From IMG/VR virus record IMGVR_UViG_2563366831_000011, positions 1-50,364 of that record: a stretch of 50,364 nucleotides of DNA, one strand, 5' to 3'. The notes below the pieces were generated by a model. The model saw nothing but the letters and a program-made list of their open reading frames with translations, had not been told where the DNA came from and ran no database searches. Below, in pieces: positions 1-6,913 of the stretch (positions within the stretch are counted from its first letter, which is position 1; each line of letters opens with the position of its first letter). This DNA comes from a virus. Lineage: Duplodnaviria; Heunggongvirae; Uroviricota; Caudoviricetes. The translations under genes and the position numbers were made by a program.

Positions 1-933
1 ATGGACAACGACAAAATTGATCAACACAGCGACGAAATTGAAGTTGAGAGCGAAGAAAAAGAGCGCGGCAAAAAAATAGAAATAGATGAAGATCGACTCC
101 CCTCCCGGGCGATGGCAATTCATGAGCATATCCGCCAGGATGGTGAAAAAGAGCTGGAACGCGACGCAATGGCGCTACTGTGGTCAGCCATTGCGGCGGG
201 TCTGTCGATGGGCGCTTCGCTACTGGCAAAAGGGATATTTCATGTCGAACTGGAAGGAGTGCCAGGCAGCTTCTTACTGGAGAATCTCGGTTATACCTTT
301 GGTTTTATTATCGTCATTATGGCCCGCCAGCAATTATTTACCGAAAACACCGTGACTGCGGTACTACCCGTCATGCAAAAACCGACAATGAGCAACGTCG
401 GCTTACTTATGCGATTATGGGGCGTCGTGCTGCTGGGTAATATTCTCGGGACAGGTATTGCTGCATGGGCATTTGAATATATGCCTATCTTCAATGAAGA
501 AACTCGCGATGCATTTGTCAAAATCGGCATGGATGTGATGAAGAACACCCCCAGCGAGATGTTTGCCAACGCGATCATTTCCGGCTGGCTGATCGCCACT
601 ATGGTTTGGATGTTTCCTGCTGCGGGTGCGGCAAAGATTGTGGTGATTATATTGATGACCTGGCTTATTGCACTGGGTGACACCACCCACATCGTTGTCG
701 GTTCTGTTGAAATCCTCTATCTGGTGTTTAACGGCACGCTGCACTGGAGCGATTTCATCTGGCCCTTCGCACTACCTACTTTAGCGGGGAACATCTGCGG
801 CGGCACCTTTATCTTCGCGTTAATGAGTCATGCACAGATTCGTAACGACATGAGCAACAAGCGTAAAGCAGAAGCACGCCAAAAAGCAGAACGTGCGGAA
901 AACATTAAGAAAAATGATAAAAACCCAGCATAA
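1..933 (+). CDS. yfdC: FNT-family (formate/nitrite transporter-like) inner membrane protein YfdC
   Basis: 310-aa ORF with a polytopic hydrophobic core, an acidic N-terminus and a basic C-tail. Recognised from memory as E. coli YfdC, the gene preceding argW. Confidence 0.85.
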   Translation: MDNDKIDQHSDEIEVESEEKERGKKIEIDEDRLPSRAMAIHEHIRQDGEKELERDAMALLWSAIAAGLSMGASLLAKGIFHVELEGVPGSFLLENLGYTFGFIIVIMARQQLFTENTVTAVLPVMQKPTMSNVGLLMRLWGVVLLGNILGTGIAAWAFEYMPIFNEETRDAFVKIGMDVMKNTPSEMFANAIISGWLIATMVWMFPAAGAAKIVVIILMTWLIALGDTTHIVVGSVEILYLVFNGTLHWSDFIWPFALPTLAGNICGGTFIFALMSHAQIRNDMSNKRKAEARQKAERAENIKKNDKNPA

Positions 934-1008
934 ATGGCGAGGGTTTAAGCAATCGAGCGGCAGCGTACTTACCCCGCAGTCCATTAGCGGGTATACTCAT
1001 GCCGCATT

Positions 1009-1083
1009 GTCCTCTTAGTTAAATGGATATAACGAGCCCCTCCTAAGGGCTAATTGCAGGTTCGATTCCTGCAGGGGACACCA
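1009..1083 (+). tRNA. argW: tRNA-Arg (anticodon CCU), intact, CCA encoded
   Basis: 75 nt. Acceptor stem GTCCTCT/AGGGGAC (one G-U pair). Anticodon arm AGCCC-CTCCTAA-GGGCT gives anticodon CCT. T-arm is GCAGG-TTCGATT-CCTGC. Ends ACCA. Confidence 0.95.
1069..1083. repeat. attL core (CTGCAGGGGACACCA), identical to the 3' end of argW
   Basis: Exact 15-nt copy recurs at 48661-48675. Flanking bases differ on both sides. Confidence 0.85.
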
Positions 1084-1199
1084 TTTATCAGTTCGCTCCC
1101 ATCCGTACCAGTCCGTAAAATCCCCTGAATATCAAGCCTTCCGTAGATTTACAGTTCGTCATGGTTCGCGTCAGATCGTTGACAGCCGCACTACATGAC

Positions 1200-1244
1200 G
1201 GGTAAAAAGTGGATAAAATAATTTTACCCACCGGATTTTTACCC
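1200..1244. promoter_or_regulatory. attL arm / intS upstream region with three GGGTAAAA octamers (candidate arm-type recombinase sites)
   Basis: GGGTAAAA at 1200-1207. Its complement TTTTACCC at 1222-1229 and 1237-1244, abutting the intS ATG. Two more copies lie at the attR side (48582-48589, 48594-48601). Confidence 0.45.
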
Positions 1245-2405
1245 ATGCTCACCGTTAAGCAGATTGAAGCAGCAAAGCCGAAAGAAAAACCATACCGCCT
1301 TCTCGATGGTAATGGACTGTACCTTTATGTCCCTGTATCCGGGAAAAAGGTATGGCAGCTTCGCTACAAGATTGACGGTAAGGAGAAAGTCCTAACCGTA
1401 GGAAAATATCCGCTAATGACTTTGCAGGAGGCAAGGGATAAGGCATGGACTGCGAGGAAAGACATCTCGGTTGGCATCGATCCGGTAAAGGCGAAAAAGG
1501 CTTCGTCTAACAACAATTCATTTAGTGCGATTTACAAGGAATGGTACGAGCACAAGAAGCAAGTCTGGTCAGTAGGCTATGCAAATGAACTTGCAAAAAT
1601 GTTTGATGACGACATTTTACCTATCATCGGCGGCCTTGAAATTCAGGATATTGAGCCGATGCAACTACTGGAAGTAATCCGCAGATTTGAAGATCGCGGT
1701 GCAATGGAGCGAGCCAACAAAGCCCGCAGAAGATGCGGCGAGGTTTTCCGTTACGCTATTGTCACCGGCAGGGCTAAATATAACCCGGCACCTGACCTTG
1801 CTGACGCCATGAAAGGATACCGCAAGAAGAACTTCCCGTTTCTTCCTGCAGACCAGATCCCGGCATTCAACAAAGCACTGGCAACATTTTCAGGAAGTAT
1901 CGTATCGCTCATTGCGACCAAAGTTTTACGCTACACAGCCCTAAGAACGAAAGAGCTTCGTTCCATGCTATGGAAGAACGTCGATTTTGAAAACAGGATT
2001 ATCACCATCGACGCCAGCGTGATGAAGGGACGCAAGATTCATGTGGTCCCGATGTCGGACCAGGTGGTTGAACTTCTCACTACGCTAAGCTCCATCACTA
2101 AACCAGTATCAGAGTTTGTTTTTGCCGGACGCAACGATAAGAAGAAGCCAATCTGCGAGAACGCGGTATTGCTTGTGATCAAACAAATCGGCTATGAGGG
2201 TCTGGAAAGCGGTCACGGATTCAGGCATGAATTCAGCACGATTATGAACGAGCACGAATGGCCTGCTGATGCTATTGAAGTGCAACTTGCACATGCCAAC
2301 GGCGGATCTGTGCGCGGAATTTACAACCATGCTCAGTATCTCGATAAGCGCAGAGAAATGATGCAGTGGTGGGCTGATTACATCGATGGTCGTGCAGGAG
2401 TGTAA
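1245..2405 (+). CDS. intS: Tyrosine integrase IntS (KplE1/CPS-53, Sf6/HK620 type)
   Basis: ORF-track product from MLTVKQIEAAKPKEKPYRLLDGNGLYLYV... matches my recollection of E. coli IntS. The C-terminal catalytic region contains HGFRHEF and a later Y (GIYNHAQY). I chose the start at the ATG at 1245 rather than the GTG at 1209. Confidence 0.9.
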   Translation: MLTVKQIEAAKPKEKPYRLLDGNGLYLYVPVSGKKVWQLRYKIDGKEKVLTVGKYPLMTLQEARDKAWTARKDISVGIDPVKAKKASSNNNSFSAIYKEWYEHKKQVWSVGYANELAKMFDDDILPIIGGLEIQDIEPMQLLEVIRRFEDRGAMERANKARRRCGEVFRYAIVTGRAKYNPAPDLADAMKGYRKKNFPFLPADQIPAFNKALATFSGSIVSLIATKVLRYTALRTKELRSMLWKNVDFENRIITIDASVMKGRKIHVVPMSDQVVELLTTLSSITKPVSEFVFAGRNDKKKPICENAVLLVIKQIGYEGLESGHGFRHEFSTIMNEHEWPADAIEVQLAHANGGSVRGIYNHAQYLDKRREMMQWWADYIDGRAGV

Positions 2406-2409
2406 GCCA

Positions 2410-3441
2410 TTACGCGAATTCTTCCACGATCGCCATGCCAGTAGCACCATCACCACCGGTAAATGCCGCACCGGTAAACCCAAGGTCATACGCGCCACCA
2501 CCACCGGATCCGGGAGCTGCGCCAGCAATACCGGCCTGAGAACCCGCCCGGCCACCGCCGCCAAAATACGACGCCCCGCCGTTGCCCGTCAGAAGGCTTG
2601 AGCCTGTCTGTCCATCTGAGCCGGTACCACCGTTGATCCTGATATCTCCGGTCGCCGCCGTACCTCCGGCGCCGCCGGCGGTATTGGACACGCCTGACTT
2701 CACGCCGCCTTTCCCGCCAGGAGCTGAGAACAGGCTGGCAAACGAGGTGGCCCCACCATCTGCACCACTTACTGCGCCAACTCCGCCCTTACCACCCTTG
2801 CCGACAGTAATCGCATAAGAACTGGCAGCAGACAGGTCAACCCATACGATAATGGTCGCGCCCGCGCCGCCGCCAGCACCGGAGAAGGTTTCTGTATTGT
2901 TGTAGGCCTGGCAGCCGCCACCGCCGCCACCGGCACCTGTCAACGTTACTTTTGCATAACGGGCCAGAGGAGATCGCGTATAGGTTCCGTTTGCATAGAA
3001 AGCTTTTGGAGCGCCAAGTGAACGCCCGACAAAACCAGAGGAATCAGATATTCCGAGGTTATAACGGGCTTCATTTACCGCATCCTCACCGGCATCTTTA
3101 ATTTCTGACAGGTTATTGCTGATCTGCAGGAACGATAACAATGATCCGGCTGTCATTAAATTCGCGACAATGTCATTCGTTGACCATACGCGTGCCGTTG
3201 TTCCTTCCTGACCACGAATTACTGTCATCACGTCACCGGATACAGACGTTACGTGCATAATTTCAGAAATTGTTTTCGTGGCCGCGTCGGTTATCGTTAA
3301 TTTGAAATAACTCTGCCCAGATACAGGAGAAGGGAATAAAGCCCCCGCTCCAGTTCCCACGGTAATAACGGTAGCGGACGCACTAATACCCGCAGCGAGA
3401 ACACTCTTTGCGTTATTATTGGCTAATAGCTTCAGCGCCAT
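2410..3441 (-). CDS. Tail fibre protein 2 with glycine-rich C-terminal module
   Basis: 343 aa. The N-terminal domain (ITVGTGAGALFPSP...YFKLTITD...VTSVSGDVMTVIRGQEGT) is typical of short fibre N-termini. The C-terminal roughly 190 aa is Gly-rich and paralogous to the C-terminus of the 431-aa fibre at 6914-8209. Confidence 0.7.
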   Translation of the reverse strand: MALKLLANNNAKSVLAAGISASATVITVGTGAGALFPSPVSGQSYFKLTITDAATKTISEIMHVTSVSGDVMTVIRGQEGTTARVWSTNDIVANLMTAGSLLSFLQISNNLSEIKDAGEDAVNEARYNLGISDSSGFVGRSLGAPKAFYANGTYTRSPLARYAKVTLTGAGGGGGGCQAYNNTETFSGAGGGAGATIIVWVDLSAASSYAITVGKGGKGGVGAVSGADGGATSFASLFSAPGGKGGVKSGVSNTAGGAGGTAATGDIRINGGTGSDGQTGSSLLTGNGGASYFGGGGRAGSQAGIAGAAPGSGGGGAYDLGFTGAAFTGGDGATGMAIVEEFA

Positions 3442-3452
3442 ATATACCCCAG

Positions 3453-3770
3453 TTAAATAATAGAATTATCAGAACGAACATCGCAGATAGTAAATGTCAC
3501 GACGCCGATGACAGTAACATCGTCCAGGGCTTCACCCTCGATCACTTCGCCATCTTCGGTAATAAGTGATCTTCCTCTCAGCTTGGCAAGCTCCGTCCCG
3601 CCGCCATGCTGTATAAGCAGTTGGCTACCCTGCTTTGGCTTCAGGGAGATATCTAGTACAACGTAACCACCAGATCGCTCGAAAACTAGCGTGTTTGGGC
3701 CGACATTGCAGATCGAGTTAACAGACAACCTTTGCTCGACGTAGTCCGTCGCTGGTGAAGGGAATCCCAT
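3453..3770 (-). CDS. UmuD'-like (peptidase S24 fold) protein, encoded already 'processed'
   Basis: Starts MGFPSPATDYVEQR, equivalent to UmuD just after its Cys24/Gly25 cleavage site (GFPSPAADYVEQR). The C-terminus VTVIGVVTFTI resembles UmuD DVFGVVIHVV. The start is coupled to the upstream stop through TAATG, with GGGAGGG as the SD. Confidence 0.65.
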   Translation of the reverse strand: MGFPSPATDYVEQRLSVNSICNVGPNTLVFERSGGYVVLDISLKPKQGSQLLIQHGGGTELAKLRGRSLITEDGEVIEGEALDDVTVIGVVTFTICDVRSDNSII

Positions 3771-4009
3771 TAGATCACCCTCCCCATGTTGGCCATCATC
3801 CACAGGCGGTTTTCACTATGCTCTGCCGTTTTATCGATGAAGTAAGACTGCTCGCGAGCGATCCAGGCGTTAGCCTCCACCTCGGAAAAGTGAATGCTAC
3901 GCCGGCGCAGCGCGGTAATGAAGTCGCGGGTGTGAAGGTACTGGAACCCCTTAGAACTGCGCAATACCGACTCGCGGAATGCCTGATTGATGTCTGACTG
4001 TCGATGCAT
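3770..4009 (-). CDS. 79-aa hypothetical protein, first gene of the SOS-box operon
   Basis: ATG at 4009 is preceded by GGAGGG (5-nt spacer). The product starts MHRQSDINQAFRESVLRSSKGF. I did not recognise a family. Confidence 0.6.
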   Translation of the reverse strand: MHRQSDINQAFRESVLRSSKGFQYLHTRDFITALRRRSIHFSEVEANAWIAREQSYFIDKTAEHSENRLWMMANMGRVI

Positions 4010-4026
4010 GTCTTCCCTCCGATAAA

Positions 4027-4080
4027 TACTGTTTTTATATACAGTAGTTTTATTAGAAGGGAAGCTCAAGTGGTTGACAA
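4027..4080 (-). promoter_or_regulatory. Sigma70-like promoter with overlapping LexA (SOS) box
   Basis: Minus strand reads TTGTCA (4080-4075), a 17-nt spacer, TCTAAT (4057-4052), 5 nt, then TACTGTATATAAAAACAGTA (4046-4027). The box has CTG-N10-CAG with an AT-rich centre, close to the consensus TACTG(TA)5CAGTA. Confidence 0.75.
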
Positions 4081-4758
4081 TCAGTTGCCGTACTGGTCTC
4101 TATAGTATGATTTTATTTGTGAAATTTCTGATGTTGTCTTCGAAGTTGAAAAGATAAGAACTTCCGCATAGTTAACGTTATTCGCGGCAGTCGCCGCCAG
4201 CGTTAGCGGAGCATTCTGGTAGGTAATAGACGATGCCGCGGCTACGGTTATGGTCGCGTCGTTGACATACACCGTCTCGGTGTCAGTTATCGGGTCGTAG
4301 TTCACGATCACAAGATCAATGCCTGTGGATAAGGTCACCCCTCCCTGCTGGGTTGATGACCCTGTTTTGTAATAGTAGAGCTTGTTATCTGTCTGTGCCT
4401 GTAGCCGCAGATGGGGCCCCGCGATTAAAAAGGTAGCTTGTGTGGTGTTATCTCGCTTGAAAGCGAAGGCGTAGCAATAGCCGTTTTCCGCTGTAGCAGG
4501 GTAGACATTCTCAGATGTGACGCCGCCATTTGCGGTTAGCGCACTTTTCATCGTCTTGATTCCGTTCAGCGTCGACGCTGAGATTGCAGAACCTAATGCA
4601 ATATTCATATCGCCAGCGCGGTCTGCAAGAGTTGATACTCGCCAGTCAAAATAGTGCGAAGGGTTCCACCTGGCTGTTTTATCATCGCGCTCGGTATAGG
4701 TGGACTGAATACCGCTATTAACGGCGTTTGGAACCTGTAAAAAAGTACAAATTGCCAT
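4081..4758 (-). CDS. LamG/concanavalin-A-like lectin-fold protein (accessory receptor-binding candidate)
   Basis: 225 aa, beta-rich. The C-terminal signature NYAEVLIFSTSKTTSEISQIKSYY resembles the LamG-domain ending (..v.iy.raLs..Ei..l). It sits between fibre and spike genes. Confidence 0.5.
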   Translation of the reverse strand: MAICTFLQVPNAVNSGIQSTYTERDDKTARWNPSHYFDWRVSTLADRAGDMNIALGSAISASTLNGIKTMKSALTANGGVTSENVYPATAENGYCYAFAFKRDNTTQATFLIAGPHLRLQAQTDNKLYYYKTGSSTQQGGVTLSTGIDLVIVNYDPITDTETVYVNDATITVAAASSITYQNAPLTLAATAANNVNYAEVLIFSTSKTTSEISQIKSYYRDQYGN

Positions 4759-4769
4759 GGGTGTATTCC

Positions 4770-6899
4770 TTATTTTCTTAGGGATTGTACGGCGTAGTTC
4801 AGCAGTACTCGTTTTGCCTGATACGCGCCGATAATTCTGGCACCTCTGGCGTTAGGATGTGGGTCTGCGGGATTTGTTGTCGAATATGCATAGCCGTTCT
4901 GAAATGCAAAATTAGAATTCTTTATGAGGTCTCTTACATTGAATCCCAGCATTTTATAGGTTGACTGGATATTATCAAAAACGCTCTCACGCTTAATGTG
5001 ATTGTCGCTATACCAGCGCTCAAGGAAAATAGGCAATTTAGGAATCGCTGATTGAACACGTTCAACTATTGCACTATATCCGTTGAGAAAATCTGTGTCA
5101 GAAAGAGCATAATCATTTTCCCCAAGATTAATAAACGCGACATCCGGCTGAAAATATTGTATCCAGTATTGCTGATAAGACGCTGTTTGATTCAGGTAAT
5201 ACTGAAATGTTGCACCTCCTCTTGCGTAACGAATGACTCTGACGCCGCCAGCAGAGTTGATGCAATTGAAGCTGATCAGGGCAGGATAGCCTGCCTGACC
5301 AGATGCGGGAGGTTCAATTTCCAGGGCGAATCGACCTGAGTTCGGCCCCAGACCCTCCACCCTAACGATTGTTATCGTTTCGCTACCCTCAGGGTTATTC
5401 GGTATTGTGGCTGTTTGCCATTCCCCTGAACCCGCCGGGCCGGTGGAACCATCGTCATTCCTGTCGGTTGCACGGAACCGGAACTGACTAGATGTTCCGG
5501 CGTCTCCGGTACCAGTAAAACCGACCTCGACAACGTCGTGCTGATAAATGGGGTTGCTGCGGGCCGAATCTTTTACGCGAAAAAACAGGTTAGTTCGTCC
5601 AGCCCACGGTACTAGAGCAAAACTCAATGGTGCACATTTTTTCCCATAGGTCTGGTTATCGACCCAGCCAGTATAAACTAACTCCATATTCAGCAGATCT
5701 CTTGACGCTGTGTTATCGTTTGACGGTGCAAAATAACCGATACCCCCATGCCCAAGATTTGCTGCAAAAAGGCTGTACATAGCGTCAATGGCACCCAATC
5801 CCCCTGTGCCTGCAGTGAGAGAGTCACCCTGACAAAAAATAGTTAGATATCCTCCTGTGTATGCCCTTTCCTGCATCGCGATCATGTAATCAAGAAGACC
5901 AGTCTCTGGCAAGCTTGATGCAGCCTGAGAACCTCCTGACCCCGGCAATAGCAATTGGTCGTCGCTTCCGAGAATAGCGAATGGCGAAGATGAGTAGCCC
6001 TTTAAAATAGAACATCCGGCATCTTCTAAAGAATCAGTAGTTAAAAAAGATGCCATCTGGTTATCGCTTCCCATTACAGATAATGGCTTGCCTGGGATAC
6101 CGTAACCATATTTGATATCTGCCCCAGCATCGCGCATTCTGTCGCTATCATTGCCGTATTCAAGGACCTGATAATCAGTGCCTATGATTACGAATTTTTC
6201 ATCTCCGTATCCACTAAGAAATCTTACCCCTGCAAATATCCACGTTGAGGGCATCTGACGTCCGGTAGGCTGCAGCGTTCCGTCAACGTTTACTACCTCA
6301 ATAGCGAGCGTGTCGTCATTGTCAGTGCGATAATAAGCATTTGACCCAACAGGAATATTTCCAGCGTCTGCATCTGCCTGCGCCGCAGCCAGCGTCGGAA
6401 ACTCGCGGATTGTCCCTGTTATGGCCGCTGTACCCGGCTGCTTTGCCTGCAATACGGCCACGCCTGCTTTGTTTTGATACTGCCATGCAGCAGAAAGCGC
6501 ATCTGGACCTTGGGCTACCCAGAATGACTGCCCTTCAGTCGTTGCGGCCAGCCCGGCAATAGTGCCATCAGGATCGCTTGAGGTTTTATAGAATGTGAAC
6601 TTATTCCGTGCATATTCAGAGGCATCATTCTTGTACTCTTCAGCCTGCGCAGCTGAACCTGCGGCTGCCGTTGCCGATTCGGATGAGGCAGCGGCCGAAG
6701 TAGCAGCACTTTGTTCGGCCGTTTCTGCTGAGTTCTTGGCAGCTTCAGCCGCAGTTGCAGCATTAATCGCTTCCTGAGTGGTGGCGCTAATATCCTGATA
6801 GCCCTGCTGGACCTCGATCAGGTACTGCTTTGCCTCTGCGGCACTCACGGACGCCTCTGCCGCGAACTGTGCCGTTTGCTGTGTGTCGGTAGTCGCCAT
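4770..6899 (-). CDS. Tail spike/fibre with C-terminal SGNH (GDSL) esterase domain
   Basis: The N-terminus is an Ala-rich coiled-coil fibre shaft. The C-terminal half carries block I CQGDSLTAG, block III INLGENDY and block V DPHPNARG, all SGNH hydrolase hallmarks. ATG at 6899 follows AGGA; a GTG at 6920 is an alternative start. Confidence 0.7.
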   Translation of the reverse strand: MATTDTQQTAQFAAEASVSAAEAKQYLIEVQQGYQDISATTQEAINAATAAEAAKNSAETAEQSAATSAAASSESATAAAGSAAQAEEYKNDASEYARNKFTFYKTSSDPDGTIAGLAATTEGQSFWVAQGPDALSAAWQYQNKAGVAVLQAKQPGTAAITGTIREFPTLAAAQADADAGNIPVGSNAYYRTDNDDTLAIEVVNVDGTLQPTGRQMPSTWIFAGVRFLSGYGDEKFVIIGTDYQVLEYGNDSDRMRDAGADIKYGYGIPGKPLSVMGSDNQMASFLTTDSLEDAGCSILKGYSSSPFAILGSDDQLLLPGSGGSQAASSLPETGLLDYMIAMQERAYTGGYLTIFCQGDSLTAGTGGLGAIDAMYSLFAANLGHGGIGYFAPSNDNTASRDLLNMELVYTGWVDNQTYGKKCAPLSFALVPWAGRTNLFFRVKDSARSNPIYQHDVVEVGFTGTGDAGTSSQFRFRATDRNDDGSTGPAGSGEWQTATIPNNPEGSETITIVRVEGLGPNSGRFALEIEPPASGQAGYPALISFNCINSAGGVRVIRYARGGATFQYYLNQTASYQQYWIQYFQPDVAFINLGENDYALSDTDFLNGYSAIVERVQSAIPKLPIFLERWYSDNHIKRESVFDNIQSTYKMLGFNVRDLIKNSNFAFQNGYAYSTTNPADPHPNARGARIIGAYQAKRVLLNYAVQSLRK

Positions 6900-6913
6900 A
6901 ATTTTTCCTGTTA

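Noticed and set aside
2582-2818. Pro-rich plus-strand ORFs antisense to the glycine-rich fibre genes (2582-2818, 2386-2601, 7134-7385, 6926-7153).
   Set aside because: They are mirror-frame artefacts of GGN-rich coding sequence (CCN on the opposite strand). They have no SD and lie entirely inside better-supported genes.
1245-3441. I looked for gtrA/gtrB/gtr(type) or oac O-antigen-modification genes next to intS, as in K-12 KplE1 and Sf6-type phages.
   Set aside because: None is present. intS is followed directly by a convergent tail-fibre gene.
3453-3803. The longer 116-aa version of the UmuD'-like ORF, starting at 3803 (MDDGQHGEGDL...).
   Set aside because: That start lies inside the upstream 79-aa gene and has no SD. 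The ATG at 3770 is coupled through TAATG and has the SD GGGAGGG.
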